From positions 1 to 64,000 of IMG/VR virus record IMGVR_UViG_3300049005_000030: 64,000 nucleotides of DNA; one strand, 5' to 3'. The notes beneath the pieces were generated by a model, which saw nothing but the letters and a program-made list of their open reading frames with translations, did no database searches and was not told where the DNA came from. How positions within the stretch are numbered: position 1 is the first letter of the stretch; each line of letters starts with the position of its first letter. Origin of the DNA: a virus. Below are positions 34,289 through 43,443 of this stretch, piece after piece. The translations under genes were made by a program, and so were the position numbers.

Positions 34289-34896
34289 TCGTCACGCCGC
34301 AACAGCTCAACCACTTCATGTCCGATCCGAAGTGGACCGAGACCCAGACGCTGGCCGCTGAGGCCACGTTGGCCGGGGTCGAGGCCAGCTTGGAAGACAG
34401 GCTGTACGGCGCATACATCACCCTGCGGCCGGCGCGCACCGAGACCGCCATCGTGCTCGCCAGCGGCACCGTCGACACTCGCCAGCCGGTCCACTCGGTC
34501 ACCAGCCTCAACGGCGCGGCCGTCGACGACGCGCACCCGCTGGACGCCGCCGCCTGGTCGATCTACGACGGCAGGCTGCACAGCCTGACCCAGGCCGCCG
34601 CCGTTCCGTCCGGACCGGTCGGCACGCTGTGGCCAGGCTGGGACGGCTGGGGTTCGGGCCGCTCGACCCGCACCGCCGGCACGGTGCTGCTGACCTACGT
34701 GCCCGGCTGGGGCGACGTGCCGGCGCTGCGGCTGGCGATTCTGCGCAAAGCCAAGGCGATCATGGACAACTACCATGACGACTCGATCCTGGCTCGCAAC
34801 ACCGACGCCCAGAAGCCGCCGCCGCTGGTGCCGGAGACCTTCACCGATGACGAGATGGCGCAGTTGGGCACCTACCGCTGGCTGACGACGGGGTGA
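34285..34896 (+). CDS. head-tail adaptor
   Basis: position; LTYVPGW...LRLAIL. Confidence 0.65.
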   Translation: MIVTPQQLNHFMSDPKWTETQTLAAEATLAGVEASLEDRLYGAYITLRPARTETAIVLASGTVDTRQPVHSVTSLNGAAVDDAHPLDAAAWSIYDGRLHSLTQAAAVPSGPVGTLWPGWDGWGSGRSTRTAGTVLLTYVPGWGDVPALRLAILRKAKAIMDNYHDDSILARNTDAQKPPPLVPETFTDDEMAQLGTYRWLTTG

Positions 34897-34900
34897 TGAC

Positions 34901-35407
34901 GTGGCCCGTGGAGCCTGGATCGACGTGGGATACGACCGTCCCACCTTCCTGCGGATGCGACGCAGGATCAGGGGCATGGTCGCCCGCTCGGCCAACGTCT
35001 CGCCCGCCTGGCAGGTGTTCCTGGACTGGTTCACCGACCAGAACCGCCAGCAGTTCGGTCAGCACGGCGGCCGCTACGGGCAGGGCTGGCGTCCGTTGAA
35101 ACCGGCGACCGTCGCGGCGAAGCGACGCCTGGGCTACACCGGTGACATCCTGGTGCGCGATCGCACGCTGGAACGCTCGGTCACCGACCGACCGCTGCCG
35201 ATCGAGCGGGTGGGCCCGCACGACATGGAGGCCGGCACCAACGTGCACTACGCGAAGTTCCACCAGTTCGGCGCGCCCCGGGCGCGGCTTCCGCAACGCA
35301 AGCTGTGGGACGTCTCGGTGATCGAGAGGGAGGGCGCGGCCACCTCGGCGCTGCGCACCTGGATTTCCAGCGGCAAGCCGCGCGTGGTCGTGCGGAAGGG
35401 GCGGTGA
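34901..35407 (+). CDS. virion morphogenesis / tail completion protein (Mu gpG / P2 S-like)
   Basis: WRPLKPAT...IL...L.RS...GTNVHYAKFHQFG...LPQR. Confidence 0.8.
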   Translation: MARGAWIDVGYDRPTFLRMRRRIRGMVARSANVSPAWQVFLDWFTDQNRQQFGQHGGRYGQGWRPLKPATVAAKRRLGYTGDILVRDRTLERSVTDRPLPIERVGPHDMEAGTNVHYAKFHQFGAPRARLPQRKLWDVSVIEREGAATSALRTWISSGKPRVVVRKGR

Positions 35408-35410
35408 CCG

Positions 35411-36022
35411 GTGCGCGGAGCCAACGGCGTGCGTAACCAGCTGTGCGACCTGCTCTCGAAAGAGGTGCCGCGCAAGATCCCGCTGCTACGGGCAGCGTGG
35501 GAACTGCCGGAGCGGGACCTGATCGGCCCGGACGACGTCGTGTTCGTCTCCGGCGACGCCCCGGAGCAGACGATCAAGGAAACCACGGTGAACGTGGTTA
35601 ACCCCCGGCTGCTCAACACGGTGCGCACCGGCGATATCAACCCGCAGGGTGAGCCGGAGTACCACACCACCTACGCGTGCCGGATCTACGTGTGGGCCAT
35701 CGGTGAGGACTGGTTCGCCGCCGAGAACATGCGCGACAACCTGGCGGCCGCGTGCCGGCTGTCCTTCCTGCAATACCCGACGCTGACCCAGGCGGGCGGA
35801 GACACCGGATACCGGGTCGAAGAGGGCACCTACACCGAGGATTTCGGCGTGCCCTCGCGCGTCAACGGCTCCCGCTGCTGGTCGGCTGCGATCCTGTCGG
35901 TAGACGTGACGGTCGAGGAGTTCATCGACGACGGTTCGACCAGGCCGGGCCTGGGCACGGCCGACACGGTGACACCATCCGTCGCGGCCGTCGGACCGAT
36001 ACAACCATTGCCAGGAGAGTGA
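35411..36022 (+). CDS. tail terminator-like neck protein
   Basis: position before sheath, 203 aa. Confidence 0.6.
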   Translation: MRGANGVRNQLCDLLSKEVPRKIPLLRAAWELPERDLIGPDDVVFVSGDAPEQTIKETTVNVVNPRLLNTVRTGDINPQGEPEYHTTYACRIYVWAIGEDWFAAENMRDNLAAACRLSFLQYPTLTQAGGDTGYRVEEGTYTEDFGVPSRVNGSRCWSAAILSVDVTVEEFIDDGSTRPGLGTADTVTPSVAAVGPIQPLPGE

Positions 36023-36026
36023 CGAG

Positions 36027-36251
36027 ATGGCGACAGCACGCAAGGCGACCAAGGTGGCGCTGTTCAACCCGGGGCCCACGCCGGTGGTCTACAGCGACCA
36101 GGGGCACATCCTGCCCGGGGCCGAACACCGCGATGTGGACTCGCTGGACGAGGTTGGCCTGCGAGCGGTGGCCGAAGGGCTGCTGGTCAACGAGACCGAG
36201 CAGGCCAAGGACGCGGGCGACGGCGCGCCGAGGTCGGTCGACCAGGGCTGA
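36027..36251 (+). CDS. small hypothetical protein before sheath
   Basis: 74 aa, high GC3. Confidence 0.65.
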   Translation: MATARKATKVALFNPGPTPVVYSDQGHILPGAEHRDVDSLDEVGLRAVAEGLLVNETEQAKDAGDGAPRSVDQG

Positions 36252-36297
36252 GGTGCCATGATTCGCTGCGAGTGCGCGAGCAACGCGGCGGCTAAAT

Positions 36298-36327
36298 AGC
36301 TTAGCCGGTAACGCGCCGGTAAGTCAA
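36298..36327 (-). promoter_or_regulatory. repeated promoter copy, antisense to the structural operon
   Basis: minus strand TTGACT-taccggcgcgttaccggc-TAAGCT. Confidence 0.7.
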
Positions 36328-36346
36328 TACCGAAGGGACGGGAACC

Positions 36347-37813
36347 ATGCCGGGAGTGGTGGTAACCACCGGCGCCGTTGCTGGACCGAGCGCGCCGACC
36401 ATCGCGCCGTCCGCCACCTACTTCGCAGTGGGGCTCACCGAGCGCGGCGCAGCGAACACACCGACGCTGATCACATCGTTCGCCCAGTTCGAAGCGGTGT
36501 TCGGGCAGGCGACCAGCTACAGCGCACTGCACGACGACGTCAAAATGTTCTTCGCCGAAGGTGGCACACGGGTCTACTGCCAGCGTGTGGTCGGAGCCTC
36601 GGCCACCACAGGCGTGCTCACCGGCGGACTACAGGACCGCAACGGCACGCCAGCCACCACGCTCAACGTGGCGGCCAAGGCCGCCGGGGCGTGGTCCACC
36701 CAGGTCTCGATCAAGGTGCTGGACGGCTCGACCTCGGGAACCTTCCGGATCCAGCTGTACCTGTCCGGCGTGCTGATCAAGGATTACACCAACCTGCACA
36801 GCCCGCAGGAAGCGGTCAGCCGCGTCAACGGCGACTCCACCAACTTCTATGTGGTGCTCTCCGACGCCGGATCGGCATCCTCGGCGCCCAACAACAACCC
36901 GGTGGCCCTGTCCAATCCGGTCGCGCTCGCCGCCGGCACCGACGACCGCGCCTCGGTCGTCGCCGCCACCTACGTCGCCGCCCTGGCCAACTTCGACTCC
37001 GGACTGGGCGACGGCGCGGTGTCCATCCCCGGCCTGGGGCCGTCGGTGCACGCCGGCCTGATCGCGCACGCCGACACCTACAACCGGATCGCGATCCTGG
37101 TTGAGGCGCGCACCGCCGACAAGGGCACGCTGGAAGGCACCGCCGCCGCCCTGGACGCCAAGCGCGCGGGGCTGTTCGCACCGTGGGTGCGTGTGCCTGA
37201 CGCGTTCGGTGGCACCAAGACCATCAGCCCTGAAGGCTATGTGGCGGCCAGCCGAGCCCGGGCGCACAACACCGTCGGCCCGTGGCAGTCGGCTGCCGGC
37301 GAGATCTCCAAGGCTCGCTACGTGCTCATGCCGGACATCATGTACTCCGCCGCCGACGGCAACGAGCTGGACGGCGCGAAGGTCAACGCCATCCGCACCG
37401 TGGCCGGCGCGGTCCGCGTCTACGGCTGGCGGTCGCTGTCGTCCGACACCGACAACTGGGCGTTCCTCAAGGACGCCGACGTCGTGAACCGGGTGGTCAC
37501 CGAGTCCTACGCCCGGCTGGAGCCGTACCTGTTCGCGGTGATCGACGCCAAGGGACAGCTCCGGTCGCAGATCGCCGGCACGCTGGAAGGCATCGTGCTG
37601 CCGATGGCAACGGCCAGCGGCCTTTTCCCGAGGATCGCCGCCGACGGGACTCAGCTCGACCCTGGGTACAAGGTCAACGTCGGCGACGACATCAATCCGG
37701 TGGCCTCGCTGGCACAGAACCAGATCCTTGCCACGCTCGGCATTCGGATCTCGCCCACCGCCGCGATGGTCTTCCTGACGGTCACCAAGGCCGCCGTGAC
37801 GGCCGCGCTGTGA
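36347..37813 (+). CDS. contractile tail sheath
   Basis: MPGVVV, GLTERG, ITSFAQFEAVFG, FFAEGG, APWV, VNAIR, VYGWRSL. Confidence 0.95.
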   Translation: MPGVVVTTGAVAGPSAPTIAPSATYFAVGLTERGAANTPTLITSFAQFEAVFGQATSYSALHDDVKMFFAEGGTRVYCQRVVGASATTGVLTGGLQDRNGTPATTLNVAAKAAGAWSTQVSIKVLDGSTSGTFRIQLYLSGVLIKDYTNLHSPQEAVSRVNGDSTNFYVVLSDAGSASSAPNNNPVALSNPVALAAGTDDRASVVAATYVAALANFDSGLGDGAVSIPGLGPSVHAGLIAHADTYNRIAILVEARTADKGTLEGTAAALDAKRAGLFAPWVRVPDAFGGTKTISPEGYVAASRARAHNTVGPWQSAAGEISKARYVLMPDIMYSAADGNELDGAKVNAIRTVAGAVRVYGWRSLSSDTDNWAFLKDADVVNRVVTESYARLEPYLFAVIDAKGQLRSQIAGTLEGIVLPMATASGLFPRIAADGTQLDPGYKVNVGDDINPVASLAQNQILATLGIRISPTAAMVFLTVTKAAVTAAL

Positions 37814-37826
37814 AAGGAGCGAGGAC

Positions 37827-38243
37827 ATGAAGGCAGCGAAGCGGCAATTTCTGGTCGCGGTGGACGGGATCAACGGCAACCGCCCGTACTTCGCCCAGAA
37901 GTCCGGCGGCGAGGTCACATCGTCGGCGACGAAGGTCTGGGACGGCGGATCGCTGACGCCGGACGTGATCGCCGCGCCGGCCGATATCGGCGACCTCACG
38001 CTGACCCGGCCGTACGACCCGGAGAACGACCAGGACCTGCTCAACCGCCTGGTGTCGCTGGTCGGCCAGTGGCGCACCACCGTGTCGATCCAGCCCACGG
38101 CCGGCGACCTGTCGGCCAGCAAGGTCAAGCCTCGGGTGTATCCGGACGCGCTGCTGACTGGCGTGCGTGAGCCGGAGACCGACGCCAGCAGCGGCGACGC
38201 CGCCGACTACCAGCTGACGTTCTCCGTGGGTGCGATCGGCTAG
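37827..38243 (+). CDS. tail tube protein
   Basis: 138 aa after sheath; SGGE, DLTLTRPYD. Confidence 0.85.
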   Translation: MKAAKRQFLVAVDGINGNRPYFAQKSGGEVTSSATKVWDGGSLTPDVIAAPADIGDLTLTRPYDPENDQDLLNRLVSLVGQWRTTVSIQPTAGDLSASKVKPRVYPDALLTGVREPETDASSGDAADYQLTFSVGAIG

Positions 38244-38387
38244 CAAGGCCCCGGCCTCGCGGTGAGCACCTGCGAGGTCGGTCCGTCGCGGCGGCGCGGG
38301 CCCGGCACGGGGGTTTCCAACCCTCCCGGTTGTCTCCCGTGCCCGGCCCCGCCGCCGCGACTTCCACACAACCGGGAGGAAGAGATC

Positions 38388-38972
38388 ATGAACGTGTTCG
38401 ACGGCTCCACCGGCGGTGGCCACGCGCTGCTGACCGGAGAGGACGACTCGCACGGCTTCGCCGAGTCCGGCACGTCCAGCCTGGACATGCTGCGCGACGC
38501 GCTGGCCCAGCAGCAGGACATCGAAGACATCACGGTCGAGGTGCCCGGCGTGCCGATCCGGCTCGTGTGCCACCCCGACATCCCGTCCAAGCAGATGAGC
38601 AACTGGCAGCGCAAGGCGTTGCCGGCACAGCTGCGCAACAGCCCGTCCGTCTCGCCACTGGCCATGGACCAGGGTCTGTTCCTGACCACCGTGCTGATCA
38701 AAACCACTGTGCGGGTCGAGGTCGAGGACCGCAGCCGGCCCGGCCAGTGGACGCCCATCACCGACCAGAACGGCGACGTGCTGACCTTCAGCGACGGTGC
38801 GCTACTGGCCACACTGGGCGCGCTGGACGCCAGCACCGCCATCAAGCGGCTGTTCCCCCGCGACGCCGACACCGCACGAGCCGCGCGCACCGTACTGGCC
38901 GCCGCCGGCTGGGACGAGGAGAACGAGGCGCGGCTGCTCGGCGGTGAGGACGACGAGGACCCTACGATCTGA
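38388..38972 (+). CDS. tail assembly chaperone (G)
   Basis: between tube and tape measure; GGGAGGA RBS; ends EDPTI. Confidence 0.75.
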   Translation: MNVFDGSTGGGHALLTGEDDSHGFAESGTSSLDMLRDALAQQQDIEDITVEVPGVPIRLVCHPDIPSKQMSNWQRKALPAQLRNSPSVSPLAMDQGLFLTTVLIKTTVRVEVEDRSRPGQWTPITDQNGDVLTFSDGALLATLGALDASTAIKRLFPRDADTARAARTVLAAAGWDEENEARLLGGEDDEDPTI

Positions 38973-39211
38973 GCGGCGGCAACTCGATTCGGGCCGAACG
39001 CACCGATGACGCCCTGGACTTCCTGAGCCACCACCCCACGGTGATCCAGATAGCCCGCGTCGCGCACACGTTCAGCCAGGATCCGGTCGCGCTGCTCCGC
39101 GACGACGGAGACGAGTTCGTGACCCTGCTGCGCATCGCTGCGGCCCAGGTGATCGAGCGGGACGAGAAGGCCCAGCGGGCCGAGATGGAAGCGAACAGCC
39201 CGCGCCGGTAG
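38948..39211 (+). CDS. tail assembly chaperone T region (-1 frame; alternative GTG start 39041)
   Basis: open frame DDALDFLSHHPTVIQIARVAHTFSQDPVALL..., absent from the ORF track. Confidence 0.65.
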   Translation, partial: GRRGPYDLSGGNSIRAERTDDALDFLSHHPTVIQIARVAHTFSQDPVALLRDDGDEFVTLLRIAAAQVIERDEKAQRAEMEANSPRR

Positions 39212-39369
39212 CGTGATCGCCGCCGCAGGTCCGAGGGGAAGCGGACGGCGCATGCAGCCGCCGAGGCTGGACGGACCTCGGCGGCTGCTGTCGTTCCCGG
39301 TGAGCCTGCCCGACCCGCCCCTGCCCCCATGCGACGATCACCCCGGCACAGCATGAGTGGAGGTGGGGC

Positions 39370-42300
39370 GTGGCCGGAGAGGACGAAATCCGGGTATCCG
39401 CCACGCTGACCGGCGACATCAACGCGGCGCTGACCAAGATGGAAGAGCGCATCAACGCCGTGGAGAACGCGCTCCAGTCCATGGGGCGATCGGGCCAGAC
39501 CGGCGGCCGCACCGGCGCCGAGGGGCTCGACAAGCTGGGCAAGTCGAGCAGGAAGACCGGCGACGAGTCCGAGACCGCCAAACGCAAGGTCAAGGGCCTG
39601 GGCGACGAGGCCGAGAAGACCGGAGTCAAGGCGGGGGCCGGCTCGAAGGGTCTGGACGAGTTCGCCAAGAAGGCCAAGAAGATGGGCGACAGCTCGGGTG
39701 GGCTGTCCAAGCTGCTGACCTTCTACAAGTTCGCCGGCATCGCCACCGGGATCTTCGCCGCTGCCGGTGGCCTCTCGGCGCTGGGCGCCGGCTCAGTCAT
39801 CGCGCTGGCACACCTCGCGCCGCTGCTGCTCAACCTAGCCAACCTCGGCCCGATCGGGCTGGCGTTCGCGGCGAGTATGGCCGTGATCAAACTGTCGGCG
39901 CAGGAGTTGCAGGGGCCCATCGGTCGCATCAAGCAGCAGTTCACCGACCTGGGGTCCAGTGTCGCCAACGCCGGCCTGGTGCAGGGGATGAACCAGCTGG
40001 CCACCGCGATCGCGCCGGCCGTGAAGGTGATCGGCGTCGGGCTACAGGGGATCTCGGCTGAGCTGGGCGGCGGCGCGTCCGCGTTGGGCAAGTGGTCGGC
40101 GCAGGCCACCACGCTGGCTTATCTGTCGGCCATCTTCGCCGGGCTGCGGCCGATCGTGAATTCGGTGCTGGGCGCGCTGCTGTCGTTGTTGACGCCCGCC
40201 CTGGCGCTGATCAAGGCCATCATTCCCACGTCGCAGATGATGGCCGCGAATCTCGCGCTGACCGCTGGCAAGCTGGGCGCATGGGTGCAGGCGGCCAGCG
40301 ACTCCGGCAAGATCACCCAGTGGTTGACCCAGGCGTGGTATCAGCTGCAAAACGGCGGGCACGCGCTCTGGAACATCCTGGTGGGCCTGTTCAACATTTT
40401 CCACGTCGCCTACGGCACAGTGCAGGACTTCGGCAAGGGTATCTTCTTCCTGACCGTCAAGTTCCGCGAGTGGACCGCCTCGGCGCAGGGGCAGGCGCGG
40501 ATCACCAAGTACTTCCAGGACGCGCTGCCCGCGCTGCATGAGATGGGTTTGATTCTCCAGGAAGTGTTGAGTTATCTGGGTCATCTGGGCGGCAGTATGA
40601 ATATCGCGCCGCTGCTTCAGCAGATCCGCGTGGAACTGCTGCCGGCCGTGTTCACGCTGTTGAACAGCCTCACCCAGAAAGACGGTCTCGGTCCGGTGCT
40701 GATCGACCTGGCCAGCGACCTCGCGCTGCTGTTCGCCGGAACCGACTTCGGCGGATTCATGACGCTGGCCAAGCTGGCAGACGACGCGGCCGGCGCGCTG
40801 CTGTGGTTCCAGAACACGGTACCCGGAGCCAACATCCTCATCTCCGCGCTGCTGTTCTCGATGCTGGGGTTCAAGCTGCTGGCCCCGGTGTGGACGATCG
40901 TGGGCAAGGGCGCTGAGGCGTTCAACTGGATCAAGGTGGCGACCAGCGACACCAAGGACCTGACGCTGGCCCAGAAGCTGTTCTCGGGGGGGCTCAATCT
41001 CCTGCCCAAGATCGGCGCGGCCGCCGCCTCGGCCTTCTCCGCCATGGGCTCCGCCCTGATCGAGATGGGCGCGGCCGCCCTGGCCAACCCCATCGTGCTG
41101 ATCGTCGTGGCGATCATCGCCGTGATCGCCGGCCTGGTGCTGCTCTACATGAAGTGTGAGTGGTTCCGCAACGCGGTGAATGCTATTTTCAAGGCCATCG
41201 CCGATTTCGCCGTTATGATCTGGGGCTTTATCGTCGCCGCTTTCTGGGCGTCCATAAACTTTATCGTCGGAATAGCGCAAGGTGTTGCTTCATTCTTTGT
41301 CGGCATCTGGTCCGTTATTTCCGGCGCGGCGGTTGCTGCCTGGAACTTTGTGGCCGATATCGTGAAATCGGTGGTTGACTTCATCGTTGGCGTTGTTATG
41401 GCGATTTGGACCTACGGCGTTCAGCCGGTAGTCAATTTCATCGTGGCTGCCTTTCAGGTCGAATTCGCCATCATCGCGTTCATCGTCCAGACCGCCGTGT
41501 ACATCATCGTCGCCATTATCGTCGGGCTGGCCTTGCTGTTCAAGGCGATCTGGGACGGAATCGTTTTCGTCGCCCAATGGGCCTGGCAGCAAATTGTCGA
41601 CGGTGCGCTATGGCTGTGGAACAACGGCATTAAGCCTGTCATCGACGGGATCGTTAATGAATGGAACGGTCTTGTTCAAATTGTCACCGACGCCTGGAAT
41701 TGGCTGACGAAAACCCTGGGTGACGCCTGGAATGCTTTCTATTCCACGTACATTCAGCCGGTAATCGACACTATCTCATATTACTGGAACGTCTCCGTTC
41801 TTACCTGGCAGATTATGTTCCAGGGATTCGTTGACGGCATTTCCGCTGCCTGGAACTGGATCTACTCGAATGTGATTCAGCCGGTGATCGACGGAATTAG
41901 CACTGCCTGGAACGGCTTGACTTCCGGACTGTCCACGGCGTGGCAAGCGGTAGTCGATTTCATCAGCCCGATTTGGCAGGGCTTCTCCGACTTCGTCGGC
42001 GACGTCATTAAGGGAATCGGCGGGGAATGGGATCAGTTCACCAAGTTCTTGAGTGACGCGTTTACTCCGGTCGGCCACGTCATCGGCGATATCTGGGACG
42101 GGATCAAAAAGGGCGCGGACGCCGTCGTCGACGGCATCAAGGGTGCCTGGAATGGTCTCATGTCCATTGTCAAGGGCGTGTGGAATTTCATCGCGAATGG
42201 CTGGAATTCGATTCCTTCCATCGTGGTTCCCGACTGGATTCCGGTGATCGGCGGCGAGACCTTCAGCCTGCCCAAGCTGCCCACCCTGTGGCACGGCGGC

Positions 42301-42735
42301 CGCGCCGACGGCACCGCCATCGTCGGCGAGATGGGCCCGGAGCCGCTCGTGGTCAACGGCAGCGTGCGCATGGTCGGTGCCAACGGCCCCGAAGTCGCCC
42401 AGATCCCGCGCGGCGGCTACGTCGTGCCCAACCTGAACACGCTGAACGCCCTGCCTGGCCTGACCAAGGCCATTCCCGCCAGTGTGGCCTCCGCCGTCGC
42501 CCGCTCCATCCCCAGCTACGCCGGAGCCCTGGGCGGGTCGTCCGCGCGCGGCGGCGACCCGATGCTGGCCCGCTCGGTCGGCCAGCTCGCCCGCGCCGTG
42601 GCCACCCAGACGCCCTCGGTCACCGTGCACGGCGACGGTGACGACGTCGGCCGCAGGGTGCTCTCGGCCATCAAGACCCTGCGCCGCGAGGATGAGGCGC
42701 GCGGCCGGTACAACTACACCGCAGGGAATGGGTGA
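39370..42735 (+). CDS. tape measure protein
   Basis: 1121 aa, helical, Trp/Phe-spaced repeats, ANPIVLIV, C-terminal VGEMGPE. Confidence 0.9.
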   Translation: MAGEDEIRVSATLTGDINAALTKMEERINAVENALQSMGRSGQTGGRTGAEGLDKLGKSSRKTGDESETAKRKVKGLGDEAEKTGVKAGAGSKGLDEFAKKAKKMGDSSGGLSKLLTFYKFAGIATGIFAAAGGLSALGAGSVIALAHLAPLLLNLANLGPIGLAFAASMAVIKLSAQELQGPIGRIKQQFTDLGSSVANAGLVQGMNQLATAIAPAVKVIGVGLQGISAELGGGASALGKWSAQATTLAYLSAIFAGLRPIVNSVLGALLSLLTPALALIKAIIPTSQMMAANLALTAGKLGAWVQAASDSGKITQWLTQAWYQLQNGGHALWNILVGLFNIFHVAYGTVQDFGKGIFFLTVKFREWTASAQGQARITKYFQDALPALHEMGLILQEVLSYLGHLGGSMNIAPLLQQIRVELLPAVFTLLNSLTQKDGLGPVLIDLASDLALLFAGTDFGGFMTLAKLADDAAGALLWFQNTVPGANILISALLFSMLGFKLLAPVWTIVGKGAEAFNWIKVATSDTKDLTLAQKLFSGGLNLLPKIGAAAASAFSAMGSALIEMGAAALANPIVLIVVAIIAVIAGLVLLYMKCEWFRNAVNAIFKAIADFAVMIWGFIVAAFWASINFIVGIAQGVASFFVGIWSVISGAAVAAWNFVADIVKSVVDFIVGVVMAIWTYGVQPVVNFIVAAFQVEFAIIAFIVQTAVYIIVAIIVGLALLFKAIWDGIVFVAQWAWQQIVDGALWLWNNGIKPVIDGIVNEWNGLVQIVTDAWNWLTKTLGDAWNAFYSTYIQPVIDTISYYWNVSVLTWQIMFQGFVDGISAAWNWIYSNVIQPVIDGISTAWNGLTSGLSTAWQAVVDFISPIWQGFSDFVGDVIKGIGGEWDQFTKFLSDAFTPVGHVIGDIWDGIKKGADAVVDGIKGAWNGLMSIVKGVWNFIANGWNSIPSIVVPDWIPVIGGETFSLPKLPTLWHGGRADGTAIVGEMGPEPLVVNGSVRMVGANGPEVAQIPRGGYVVPNLNTLNALPGLTKAIPASVASAVARSIPSYAGALGGSSARGGDPMLARSVGQLARAVATQTPSVTVHGDGDDVGRRVLSAIKTLRREDEARGRYNYTAGNG

Positions 42736-43430
42736 GCACGGTGGCCGTCGTGGTGATTCGAGACCCCATCAGTGGAAAGACGTTCAACGGCATTGACGGC
42801 TTCCGGATGTTCCTTTTCAGCGAGAACGGATCGTTTTCGCTATCATTTCCGCTAGCCCCACGCGCCATCAGCTACACCAATTTCGGTAACGACTGGGTGG
42901 AGACGGACCGGTCCGGGAACACGCCGTTGCTGCTGCGCAAGGGCGCGAAGCTGAAGCAAATCCAGTTCTCCGCCCTGATCACCGACAAGACCCTGATGTT
43001 TTCCTCGCAAGCCGGTCAGATGAACGCGATCGAGGCGCTGGCGGTCACGACCGAGCGCGTGCTGGTCAAGTACAGCCAGCAGGAAGCCGGCCTGTGGCGG
43101 GTCGTCGACTGCTCGTTCGACTCCGAGCTGCGCCACCCAGACACCAACGAGGTGGTGCGCGGCACGCTGTCGGTGACGCTGAAGCGCGCCAACGATGCCG
43201 CGCCGGCCGTCGGCCCGGTCACCGGCGGGCCCGCGCCGGCCCCGACCGGGCCGGCGCCGGCACCACCGCCGCGCACCTACACCGTGGTGTCCGGCGACTG
43301 CCTGTGGAGCATCGCGCAGCGTTTCTACGGCAACGGCGCGGCCTGGCCGAAGATCTACGACGCCAACCGCGCCAAGATCACCAAGTCTCCAAACCTGATC
43401 TTCCCCGGCCAGGTCTTCGTCATCCCGTGA
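42732..43430 (+). CDS. LysM-containing tube initiator / baseplate protein
   Basis: TYTVVSGDCLWSIAQRFYG...PNLIFPGQVFVIP. Confidence 0.9.
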   Translation: MSTVAVVVIRDPISGKTFNGIDGFRMFLFSENGSFSLSFPLAPRAISYTNFGNDWVETDRSGNTPLLLRKGAKLKQIQFSALITDKTLMFSSQAGQMNAIEALAVTTERVLVKYSQQEAGLWRVVDCSFDSELRHPDTNEVVRGTLSVTLKRANDAAPAVGPVTGGPAPAPTGPAPAPPPRTYTVVSGDCLWSIAQRFYGNGAAWPKIYDANRAKITKSPNLIFPGQVFVIP

Positions 43431-43443
43431 GGGGAGGTCACCG

